From Candidatus Woesearchaeota archaeon (lineage in GTDB: Archaea; Nanobdellota; Nanobdellia; Woesearchaeales; JABIAG01), in contig JABIAG010000001.1 of NCBI GenBank assembly GCA_018653365.1, positions 260,772 through 324,771 of the forward strand: a DNA stretch of 64,000 bases, in the 5' to 3' direction. Below, in pieces: positions 38,370-46,868 of this stretch (positions within the stretch are counted from its first letter, which is position 1; each line of letters opens with the position of its first letter). A program made the position numbers and the translations under genes. The notes under the pieces were generated by a model that made no database searches, was not told the DNA's origin, and saw nothing but the letters and a program-made list of their open reading frames with translations.

Positions 38370-39137
38370 ATGAAATGGGTAATTCTTACGTTGATGTTAT
38401 TGTTATTGGTAGCGTGTAGTTCAGACATACCCAATAATGAAACTGTAAATGAAACTGTTGTTGAGGAAGTTCCTGAGACTCCTGAAGAAATGTACAAAAC
38501 AAATGGTGACTTCATACCCAAAGTAAATTCTGAAACAGCTTATCCTGAATTAAATCAAACAATGAAAATAAGAACTGCAGTACAAAATTATGGGGTTAGT
38601 GTAATTAATAATACTATGAGTTATACTTTGAAAATGACTCGATTAGAAGAAATAGTCTATGAAAAATCTGAAAGCGTGAATATTAATCTTCTAGCAACAG
38701 AAGAACTAGAACTGCATGAATTTGAATACACTTTTGACAGATACGGCGAATTTGATATTGAATTAATAGTAGATGAAAAAAACACAACTCATGAATTAAA
38801 AGAAGATAATAATGTTGAAGTGTTTACTGTTTATGTGAGGGCAGTAGTAGATGAACCTGATTCTGATGATGACGATGATGAAGATGAACCTCCCGAAACG
38901 GGATTGGATAATGATGACGCAAAAGATGAAGTATCAGCAAATGGTTGTTACGATTCAGATGGTGGAAAAGAATATGGTACAACTGGAATCTGTTATGATG
39001 ATGTTAGTTTTGAAAATGGACGAGCTGATTTTTGTGCTGGGGATGAAAGATTGGCAGAAGGTTTTTGTGAAGCCAAAGCATGTAATTTTGAGGTAAAAAC
39101 GTGTAGTGGTGTGTGTCGCGATGGTAAATGCGTTTAA
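38370..39137 (+). CDS. secreted lipoprotein with poly-acidic segment and Cys-rich C-terminal domain
   Basis: Signal peptide with lipobox LLVAC. Acidic run DEPDSDDDDDEDEPPE. 8 Cys in the last 70 aa. Confidence 0.5.
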   Translation: MKWVILTLMLLLLVACSSDIPNNETVNETVVEEVPETPEEMYKTNGDFIPKVNSETAYPELNQTMKIRTAVQNYGVSVINNTMSYTLKMTRLEEIVYEKSESVNINLLATEELELHEFEYTFDRYGEFDIELIVDEKNTTHELKEDNNVEVFTVYVRAVVDEPDSDDDDDEDEPPETGLDNDDAKDEVSANGCYDSDGGKEYGTTGICYDDVSFENGRADFCAGDERLAEGFCEAKACNFEVKTCSGVCRDGKCV

Positions 39138-39988
39138 TTAAGTAAAGTTTCTAAATCTGTTAAAACTTCTAAAGGAAATGATTGTCCCTTACAATTACAC
39201 CAATCTGGAACTCGAAGATCATTGATTGCTAACGTAGTTTGTCCATCTTTGAAAACATATGCCTCAACAACAGGAACAAGAACATAAGGTTTCTCAGTAG
39301 CAGGATCATAAGTTGGTTTGCCACGTCTTTCATTTCGTCTTTCAAGTCTAATCATGTAATTTGTATTACCAACACTACCCCTAAAAACACGGATATTTCT
39401 AAGCAATAAATTATCCATTAGACCCCATGAATGCCTTGCACTTCCTGCAAGTTTAAGAGCAGCCGAATAAATTCGTTCTCCAGTTTCATCTGATTCCAGA
39501 CCAGTTATTGCAGCATTAAGTCCAGGAGGTAAATCAATTCGATGACTTTGCCTTTTTGGGTTTGAAATTAGTTGTCCAACAAGATCTACCTCATCACAAC
39601 GAGGGTTAAATCGAGTAAAACAAAAATCTAAATTAAAATATGAATTTGTACTAGTTGGATGAACAACCCTCCAACACTCTTCAACGGAAACGTTACTCGT
39701 TCCCATCTGAACCATTGTTGGACCAGCACCCACCCTTCCTAAATCCAATTTTTTTTTATAAGAAAAAGGCGTTATACTTAAAGAACCTGAAGTTCCAGAG
39801 TGATGATGCCACTCAAACCCTGCGGGATTGCCGTTTCTACGATAATCAACACTAGCAACATATAATTTTTCGTTAAAAATACCTGCTTTAATCTTCTCAT
39901 GCCAAAACTCACCTTTAAAATCTATTCCAGTTTCTGCAGCAGCTTTAACTCCCTCATATAATTGACAAACAAATTGAGCATTATTCAT
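39134..39988 (-). CDS. hypothetical protein (Lys-poor)
   Basis: 284-aa ORF with atypical composition. Confidence 0.4.
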   Translation of the reverse strand: MNNAQFVCQLYEGVKAAAETGIDFKGEFWHEKIKAGIFNEKLYVASVDYRRNGNPAGFEWHHHSGTSGSLSITPFSYKKKLDLGRVGAGPTMVQMGTSNVSVEECWRVVHPTSTNSYFNLDFCFTRFNPRCDEVDLVGQLISNPKRQSHRIDLPPGLNAAITGLESDETGERIYSAALKLAGSARHSWGLMDNLLLRNIRVFRGSVGNTNYMIRLERRNERRGKPTYDPATEKPYVLVPVVEAYVFKDGQTTLAINDLRVPDWCNCKGQSFPLEVLTDLETLLN

Positions 39989-40063
39989 TAATATGGAGAA
40001 TAAGAATGTTTTTTTAACGCTTTTGGTTAATCTTTTTAAATCAAATTAAACTCGTTAATTAAT

Positions 40064-40513
40064 ATGCAAAGAACATATTTTAGAGCAATGTCTACTAGAG
40101 AATATCAGATTTGGGAAGGACAAGAACGTGTAGATTCTGGACTGGATTGGACAGAGTTAACAATCGCAAGATTTGGAGGGTATCCCTTAAGTACATTAAA
40201 AGAATCCATAGACTCTGGATTACCTGGCTGGGGACCACATGATGTGATGATTAAGTTAGTGAGTTCTGAGCCAGGGGAGTTTATGTTAAAAACAATGGAA
40301 GAACAACTTGGGGAGGGAGCTGGTTTTGATCTCATGGTACCCTACAGATACATGAATTTTGCTCCACTATCATTTAGTAAAGTACATGTTGTTTACGATC
40401 CTCGTGCAGAAGTTTCACCAAAACCAGTTGATGAATTAGAACAGTTTAGAGAAAAAGGGTTATGGGAATGCATGTCTGAGTGTTTGAAAGAAATGTTTGG
40501 AAAGTCTCATTGA
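40064..40513 (+). CDS. hypothetical protein (Lys-poor)
   Basis: 149-aa ORF with atypical composition. Confidence 0.4.
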   Translation: MQRTYFRAMSTREYQIWEGQERVDSGLDWTELTIARFGGYPLSTLKESIDSGLPGWGPHDVMIKLVSSEPGEFMLKTMEEQLGEGAGFDLMVPYRYMNFAPLSFSKVHVVYDPRAEVSPKPVDELEQFREKGLWECMSECLKEMFGKSH

Positions 40514-41229
40514 GAAATAAGTTCTTCTTCCACAAAATGCAAATTCCCTGGAATGATCAAACACTGAGGATATTTATTTATTAATTTAACATCTTTAACT
40601 TTACTAGTTCGAATTACTGGATTATTAGAACCAATTTGAGCACAACTGATAACTAAGGTAGTCTTATTTAAACCACATCGGATTAAGTAATCTGTAGCCT
40701 CTTTACAAGACATATACTTATTCTCTTCAGGACGTAAATCAAGTAAAAAAAGAGTGTGTAATCCAATTTCTTTATTTTTTTCATAGACGTCTAATGGGCT
40801 AGTAACATTTTCATTATCAAAAGGAATAGATGTAGTCTTACCATACTTATACAATTCTAACCCAACAATACCAATTGCATTAAGAATAGAGACGTTGTTA
40901 ATTATGTTAACTTTTATCTTCTTTTCTCTAGCTCGTTGTAGAAGGTCCATGTGAGTTGTAGCAGAAAATGGATCTCCCATAACTAAAAAAGAAACTTTCT
41001 TTGTTTTAGCATCTTTCAAAATAGTTGTTTCAGCTTGTTTCTCAACAACTTCACGATCGGCTTTGATAATTTTCTTTTTGTAGAATTTTTCTAAGTCAGT
41101 TATTGTAGCGTTAGTTAATTTAGAGGTATATGTTTCTAAATATAATACGTCTGAATCTTTAATTAGTTCTAGGCCTTCTAAAGTTATAGACTTCTCATCC
41201 TTTAATCCAATCCCTATTATGTTAAGCAT
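40507..41229 (-). CDS. dph5: diphthine synthase
   Basis: MLNIIGIGLKDEKSITLEGLELIKDSDVLYLETYTS N-terminus is a tetrapyrrole-methylase-type Dph5 pattern. The ORF-track N-terminal extension was rejected. Confidence 0.8.
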   Translation of the reverse strand: MLNIIGIGLKDEKSITLEGLELIKDSDVLYLETYTSKLTNATITDLEKFYKKKIIKADREVVEKQAETTILKDAKTKKVSFLVMGDPFSATTHMDLLQRAREKKIKVNIINNVSILNAIGIVGLELYKYGKTTSIPFDNENVTSPLDVYEKNKEIGLHTLFLLDLRPEENKYMSCKEATDYLIRCGLNKTTLVISCAQIGSNNPVIRTSKVKDVKLINKYPQCLIIPGNLHFVEEELISQ

Positions 41230-41377
41230 ATGTTTGGGAGGGAGTTGTCTATATATAAATCTTAGTAAATTAAGTGAGGTTGGAGAGGATTTAGTATAAA
41301 AACCGTAGCATTTAAAAAGGAAACAATGGTTCTTAAGATAAATGACAAAAAATATTGTCATAATGAGGAAAAATAAA

Positions 41378-41752
41378 ATGAAAGGAACAGTAAAATTTTT
41401 TGATGGAACCAGAGGATTTGGTTTTATCGCAGGAGAGGATGGCAAAGAGTACTTTGTACACCAAACTGCACTAGGAGAAGGAGTAACATTAAATGAAAAT
41501 GAGGCAGTAACCTTCGAAGTTGAAGAAGGAGATAGAGGTCCTAAAGCAGTTAATGTCGCAAGAGGTGGAGAAGATTCTGCACCTGCTGAAGAAGCAAGTG
41601 AAGATGTTGCAGAAGATGCAGCTGAAGAACCTGCTGAAGAAGCAAGTGAAGAAGTTGCAGAAGATGCAGCTGAAGAACCTGCTGAAGAAGAAGCTGAAGA
41701 AGAAGCACCTGCTGAAGAAGCAAGTGAAGACGAAGCTGAAGACGCAGAATAA
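41378..41752 (+). CDS. cold-shock domain protein (bacterial CspA-like) with acidic tandem-repeat C-terminal tail
   Basis: MKGTVKFFDGTRGFGFI (RNP1-like KGFGFI) and VHQTAL. Start at 41378 follows a GAGGA SD. The tail contains 16-aa AEEASEDVAEDAAEEP repeats. Confidence 0.75.
   Translation: MKGTVKFFDGTRGFGFIAGEDGKEYFVHQTALGEGVTLNENEAVTFEVEEGDRGPKAVNVARGGEDSAPAEEASEDVAEDAAEEPAEEASEEVAEDAAEEPAEEEAEEEAPAEEASEDEAEDAE
41582..41677 (+). repeat. 2 x 48-bp near-perfect in-frame tandem repeat (degenerate third copy to 41752)
   Basis: cctgctgaagaagcaagtgaagatgttgcagaagatgcagctgaagaa occurs twice in a row with one substitution. Confidence 0.7.
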
Positions 41753-41841
41753 TTCTGCTCTTTTTTTATTTTTTTTATTTTTAATTCTTTTTAATTAAAA
41801 TATGATTAGTTTAATAAACTAAAACCAATTTCTTAAGTCTA

Positions 41842-42402
41842 ATGATTAAGCAAATTCTGTTAACTAGACAACATTGTGAACAGTTAGCTCATGTAAATAA
41901 TGAGGATATTGAATTTAATGGTTTTGGTCTTTTGGTTAGAACTTCAGAAGATATTGCGGTTGTTTCGGAATTAGAGCTTGTTCTGGGTGAAGAAAATAGT
42001 TCAGTTGGTTGGAACCTGCCTACTTTTATGTCGCTTTGGCAAAAGAATCCTGAAAAGTACTCTTTGATAATGGTTCATACGCACTCAAGAAGGTATGGAG
42101 ATGTGATAAGAAAATTTGATCCTTATTGGTCTGTAAGTAGAAGAAATAGTGGACATAAACAAGGAACGGTTTTGGAAAACAGGTTTTATATTTCAAAACA
42201 CCTTGATTCTGGAGATAATGTAACAATGAAATATGGATATGAGAATGGCTTGTTTGAGACTGCTTTGCTTGTTCACCCTGTTGTTGGTTCTGAGGGAGAA
42301 GTAATGACTCCAGCGCATGTTAGAATAACAGCTTATGCTTATGATCCTGCAAGTCTTGGAAATGTTAAGGGTTTAGATCTTGTTATGCTGGCTGAGACGT
42401 AA
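41842..42402 (+). CDS. hypothetical protein
   Basis: 186-aa ORF. Its HTHSRRYGD segment is not a full JAMM motif. Confidence 0.4.
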   Translation: MIKQILLTRQHCEQLAHVNNEDIEFNGFGLLVRTSEDIAVVSELELVLGEENSSVGWNLPTFMSLWQKNPEKYSLIMVHTHSRRYGDVIRKFDPYWSVSRRNSGHKQGTVLENRFYISKHLDSGDNVTMKYGYENGLFETALLVHPVVGSEGEVMTPAHVRITAYAYDPASLGNVKGLDLVMLAET

Positions 42403-42674
42403 CTTTTTGTTAACAAACCAATCTTAGTATGGAAAAAAGTATATTCTAGAGTATATAAATATTTAAATAGTTTAATCTCAAATAAAATAGAATAAATATG
42501 AGTTTTTGGCGAAACTCGGTGTTAACTTTTTGGTTTGAACTTTTTTGTATGATCACTTATTGGCGTAAGTAACCATTCGTTCTAATAGTAGGTGTTGAAA
42601 AACAACCATATAAATGTTTCGATACTGTAACATATAGATTGCAGTACATAAATAAAACAAGGGGGCTAGAAAAA

Positions 42675-43745
42675 ATGGATTTTATCGTACAAAACGCATT
42701 AAAACAACAAGACGAAATGACTACGCCAGAGGTTGAGGTAGGTCAAGCAAGTATTAAAGTTATAGGAGTGGGTGGAGCAGGCGGAAATATGGTTAACTGG
42801 CTTTACAAAAAAGGAGTTAAAGGCGCAGAAATTATAGCATGTAACACAGACCAACAACACTTAAACATAACTGAAGCAGATAGAAAATTTCTGATTGGAA
42901 AAGACCTAACAAAAGGACTAGGATGCGGCGGATGGCCAGAAAGAGGAGCAGAAGCAGCACAAGAATCCATATCTCAAGTGAAAGATATTCTAAAAGAATC
43001 TGATATGGTATTTGTATGTGGCGGAATGGGTGGAGGAACCGGAACAGGAGCTTGCCCAGTAGTTGCACAAGTATCAAGAGACGCAGGCGCAATAGTAATT
43101 GGAACAGTAACCATGCCTTTCAATATTGAAAGAACAAGAGTTGATAAAGCCGAATTTGGTCTAAAACAACTAAGAAAAGTTTGTGACACAGTAATTGTTA
43201 TAGACAATAATAGACTGGTACAAATAGCAGGTAACCTACCAATTCAACAAGCATTTGCAGTAGCAAACGAATTAATCGCAACAATGATTAAAGGAATTGT
43301 AGAAACTATCGCAGTACCATCTTTAGTAAACCTAGACTATGCTGACGTAAAAACTATCATGACAAATGGTGGTGTAGCAGCAATTGGTGTTGGAAGTTCA
43401 GATACTAACAACAGAGTAGAAGAAGCAGTAAACGGAGCACTAAGTAATCCATTATTGGACATAAATTACGAAGGAGCAACCGGAGCTTTAATACAAATTG
43501 TTGGTGGTTCAGATATGACCCTTGATGAGGTCAACAAAATTGGAGAAATCGTAACCGAAAACCTAGACTCAGACGCAAACGTAATCTGGGGAGCTAGAAT
43601 CACAGAAGAAATGAAAGGAAAACTAACTGTGATGACAATAATAACCGGTGTAAGATCTCCATGGATTGTTGGAAGAGCCGAATCAGGAGAAGCAGAAACA
43701 ACTGCTTTGATGAATGACGAACTAGGGATAGAAATAGTGAAGTAA
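42675..43745 (+). CDS. ftsZ: cell division GTPase FtsZ
   Basis: GVGGAGGN and GGGTGTG tubulin signature motifs. Start at MDFIV follows a GGGGG SD-like motif. Confidence 0.9.
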   Translation: MDFIVQNALKQQDEMTTPEVEVGQASIKVIGVGGAGGNMVNWLYKKGVKGAEIIACNTDQQHLNITEADRKFLIGKDLTKGLGCGGWPERGAEAAQESISQVKDILKESDMVFVCGGMGGGTGTGACPVVAQVSRDAGAIVIGTVTMPFNIERTRVDKAEFGLKQLRKVCDTVIVIDNNRLVQIAGNLPIQQAFAVANELIATMIKGIVETIAVPSLVNLDYADVKTIMTNGGVAAIGVGSSDTNNRVEEAVNGALSNPLLDINYEGATGALIQIVGGSDMTLDEVNKIGEIVTENLDSDANVIWGARITEEMKGKLTVMTIITGVRSPWIVGRAESGEAETTALMNDELGIEIVK

Positions 43746-43754
43746 GATTCATTC

Positions 43755-43820
43755 TTGCCTTCACTTTTTTAATTCACCCCCCAAATGCTATTAGACTGGT
43801 GAAGGCAGTTTTTTTCTTTT
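43755..43820 (+). terminator. hairpin plus T-tract downstream of ftsZ
   Basis: tgccttcac ... gtgaaggca 9-bp inverted repeat followed by TTTTTTT. Confidence 0.35.
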
Positions 43821-43871
43821 TTTTCTTTTAATACCAAATTCTTTTTAAATAAATCTTAATTCCATATCTTT

Positions 43872-44474
43872 ATGCCAGAAATAGTGAGACTAACAAGACA
43901 AAGAGAAGAATTAGCATTAGATGTAACCGCATTCTATAGGACAGAATTATCAAAATTGAAAAACGTCTATTTTACACCTGAAAGAGTAAGAGAAATGTTG
44001 GCAAAAAGAAATTTAACTTATTTTCAAGAACTAGCAAGACAAGGAAATTTAAAAGTAACACCCAAACAACCTGTAACTAGAGTACAGCTTGCTTTGGATG
44101 GAGAACAATTAGTCGGAGTAAGAGAAACAACCGATTACGCAATGGAACAGGGGGGAGAGGTTGTGGGTTTAACAAGAGCACTAATTTGGTTATTGGCAGA
44201 ACCCAAAGGACGAGGAACAGGCACATTATTACTTAATGATATGATTGAAAATTCAGAAGGTGTTGATGCACTAGCACTTAATGTTGCACAAACAAATAAA
44301 GGGGCTAGAAAACTTTATCGAGGTAGGGGTTTTGAATACTGTTGTGTCCAACCAGGACATGAAAACCAATTAGTACCTAATCAATTATGGGTAAAACCTT
44401 TAACTCAGTTGGGTTATAAAACACTTAGGGTGGAAAGAAAAAGAGCACTAGCAGAAAAATCCAGTTCTAAATGA
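43872..44474 (+). CDS. GNAT-family N-acetyltransferase (Lys-poor)
   Basis: LAEPKGRGTGTLLL (Q/RxxGxG/A acetyl-CoA motif) and the ARKLYRGRGF motif. Confidence 0.5.
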   Translation: MPEIVRLTRQREELALDVTAFYRTELSKLKNVYFTPERVREMLAKRNLTYFQELARQGNLKVTPKQPVTRVQLALDGEQLVGVRETTDYAMEQGGEVVGLTRALIWLLAEPKGRGTGTLLLNDMIENSEGVDALALNVAQTNKGARKLYRGRGFEYCCVQPGHENQLVPNQLWVKPLTQLGYKTLRVERKRALAEKSSSK

Positions 44475-44526
44475 TTCGGGTGTAATTTAAGTAATCTTCT
44501 TAAACAAAGTTTAGTTCTTAAGAGCT

Positions 44527-45177
44527 ATGAAAGCAGTGTTAATGTTATATCCAATAAGACAAATTGTAGAAAGAGATCCAGAATTTCCAAGCTTAAGATG
44601 CGAACTGGTGGATGGCTTGAAACGTTACTGGACTCAAAGTTTAAATGGGGTTGTAACTCCTGAAGAATTTGATCAAGATTTTGGGTTAATTAATCGAAGA
44701 TTAGCTAACTACAGAAAACAAGGATTTAATGTGGGATGGATATTTTTCGGTCAAGAAGGTAATCTTGGCAAGCCCGATACATCAACACAAGCTTCACTAT
44801 TTGACATCAGAACAGAAGATGTAAAGCTTTCTGCAGGTTTTACTTATGCAAATTATCGAACAGGAGTGTTCTATTGCGATGCAGAATCAGTACTATCAAC
44901 TTTGCCAAGTTTGGATGATGTTGTAATTGGGGGATTTCATAATAGTGATTGTGTTCCAAAACTTGCAGGTTTATTGAAACAAGCAGGAGTTAAAGCACAA
45001 ACCGATCCAAGATTAACCGATGAAATATTTCTTTATTCTCACAGAATTTTAGAACAAAGACTCGCAAGATATCAAATAGACCATGGTTTTTTAGATTCAG
45101 AAATGAACGAAGATAATCCAGAAGAAATGCGAACTCTTTTTGAAAGAGAAGCCGTAGAAGAAAAACTTTTAATCTAA
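44527..45177 (+). CDS. hypothetical protein (Lys-poor)
   Basis: 216-aa ORF with atypical composition. Confidence 0.4.
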   Translation: MKAVLMLYPIRQIVERDPEFPSLRCELVDGLKRYWTQSLNGVVTPEEFDQDFGLINRRLANYRKQGFNVGWIFFGQEGNLGKPDTSTQASLFDIRTEDVKLSAGFTYANYRTGVFYCDAESVLSTLPSLDDVVIGGFHNSDCVPKLAGLLKQAGVKAQTDPRLTDEIFLYSHRILEQRLARYQIDHGFLDSEMNEDNPEEMRTLFEREAVEEKLLI

Positions 45178-45839
45178 TCTTTTTTATTTACTTTTTCATT
45201 AATACGATCTTTTAAAGCAACACTACCTTTCTTAACTTTTCTTAAAAGTTTATCAACCTGTTTCTTAGCCATACCAGACCATTGATAGAATGCTTCATCA
45301 AAGTCTTCAACTCTGCCACCATACTGTTCAAAGTAACACATTGATTCAAGAGACTCTAACAATTTAGTATCATGAACCTCATCAGAAAAGCCAATAGGAA
45401 TAATCGCTTGAGGTCGAGTATGATCTGGAATTTTAAGAAGACGCTTAATCATCCCCTCTTCAAAAGCACTAACAAAAGTTGCAGACAGACCTAAATCTGT
45501 AGCTCGTAATAATAAGTTTTCAACAGCTAATGCACAATTTTGAACTGAATATAACATTTCTCCCCTAACTCCATAATGACGTTTAACATCTTCCATAAGA
45601 GCAACAACAACAATAATTAACGGAGCAGAAGAGATCCAATTCTGTTGAAAACAAGCATCAGCAACCTGGTTTTTACTATCTTGATTCTTAACTAAAATAA
45701 ACTTCCAGGACTGTAAATTACCTGAAGATGGTGCTTTTCGAGCAGCATCCAATAAATCCATAACCTCATCCGCAGAAATTTCTTTGTCTTTGAATTTTCG
45801 CACACTTCTTCTTTTGTTAATTGCATCCTCAACATTCAT
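45174..45839 (-). CDS. nitroreductase-family protein
   Basis: KRRSVRKF...APSSGNLQSWKFILV motif. Confidence 0.75.
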   Translation of the reverse strand: MNVEDAINKRRSVRKFKDKEISADEVMDLLDAARKAPSSGNLQSWKFILVKNQDSKNQVADACFQQNWISSAPLIIVVVALMEDVKRHYGVRGEMLYSVQNCALAVENLLLRATDLGLSATFVSAFEEGMIKRLLKIPDHTRPQAIIPIGFSDEVHDTKLLESLESMCYFEQYGGRVEDFDEAFYQWSGMAKKQVDKLLRKVKKGSVALKDRINEKVNKKD

Positions 45840-45875
45840 ACTTATTTTTAGTAGAAGGAGTTAATAAATGTTACG

Positions 45876-46556
45876 TTATAAAGCAGTAGTAATAAGGTCT
45901 TCAATAAAGGGTTGATCTGAAAAATAAGTATGCTCTCGAAATGTAACTACTGGAAATTGGCATTCTTCGTTTAAAGTTCCCCCAAGCCTATCTGCTCTAG
46001 CATGAACTAAAACATCTAAGTAAACATCACCAACAGCTTCTTGAAATTTTCTAAACACAACTGCGGGATGGTTTGCCGTACTCAACCCAGTGTAAAGTCT
46101 TAAAGGTCTCATATGATTAGAAATTACTTGAGTCATATAATCAACTTCGGGTTTTTCAAGACCTAATTCATTTAAAATTTCTAGTGCTGCTTTAGCACCA
46201 ACTTCTGCATGGTTAGGACAAGAAGTAACCCCTCCAAATTTAGTTTGCATAACTGGACGGCCACTCTCAGTTACACAAGCTTTACCAATATCATGTAACA
46301 AAGCACAAGCACCCAATAAATCTCTTTTAGTATAATGGCCAACATTGTGAAAAAAATAAGTTCTTAATCTTGCTCGTACTTCAGGAACTTGAATAAAACC
46401 AAAGTTCAAAGAATCATCCAATGCAGCTTTCACGGCTTTAGTGTGATCTAAAACTGTAGGTTCGGTATGATACTGATTTACATCACGAACATTTGCCAAT
46501 GCCTGGACCTGGGGCTTGATTTCAATTATGCCCATTAAATTCCAAATTGGGATCAT
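45876..46556 (-). CDS. HD-domain metal-dependent phosphohydrolase
   Basis: ALLHDIGK HD motif with downstream His residues. Confidence 0.65.
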   Translation of the reverse strand: MIPIWNLMGIIEIKPQVQALANVRDVNQYHTEPTVLDHTKAVKAALDDSLNFGFIQVPEVRARLRTYFFHNVGHYTKRDLLGACALLHDIGKACVTESGRPVMQTKFGGVTSCPNHAEVGAKAALEILNELGLEKPEVDYMTQVISNHMRPLRLYTGLSTANHPAVVFRKFQEAVGDVYLDVLVHARADRLGGTLNEECQFPVVTFREHTYFSDQPFIEDLITTAL

Positions 46557-46629
46557 TTTACAAGGGAAATGTGTTTTTATTTTTAAAGATATAGCAACAT
46601 TTATAATAATTAAAATCGATAAAAAGAAA

Positions 46630-46827
46630 ATGGCAAAAAGATATAAACAAAGAAACTATGGGTACATGCTGCCAAAAAAAGGATTTCCCACATTTGCAAC
46701 ACTACTATTCATTATTGGTGTTTTGTGGTTATTAACTGAACTGAAACTAATAAAGTTTGAAATACCTTGGTGGCCGGTAGTACTGATTGTAGTTGCAATT
46801 GGATTATTATCCAACAGAAAAAAGTAG
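46630..46827 (+). CDS. small membrane protein (hypothetical)
   Basis: Internal Met start MAKRYKQRNYG, then two TM helices. Confidence 0.3.
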   Translation: MAKRYKQRNYGYMLPKKGFPTFATLLFIIGVLWLLTELKLIKFEIPWWPVVLIVVAIGLLSNRKK

Positions 46828-46868
46828 AGTAACAAAAAACTTTTATATTCTCCCAAATAAAGAGTAGA

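Noticed and set aside
40507-41445. ORF-track N-terminal extension of diphthine synthase with a predicted TM segment
   Set aside because: The conserved Dph5 N-terminus MLNIIGIGL begins at the internal Met (41229). The upstream 72 codons are AT-rich read-through of the divergent promoter region.
41582-41752. Possible CRISPR-like repeat array
   Set aside because: The repeats are contiguous 48-bp units with no spacers, lie in-frame within the Csp coding sequence and encode an acidic peptide repeat. This is not a CRISPR array.
41842-42402. JAMM/MPN metalloprotease call based on HTHSRRYGD
   Set aside because: The spacing does not fit H-x-H-x7-S-x2-D and there is no upstream Glu motif, so it stays a hypothetical protein.
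42403-42638. 236-bp AT-rich region upstream of ftsZ as a possible ncRNA
   Set aside because: No stable conserved-looking helices or known RNA motifs were evident. It is more likely a promoter and leader region.
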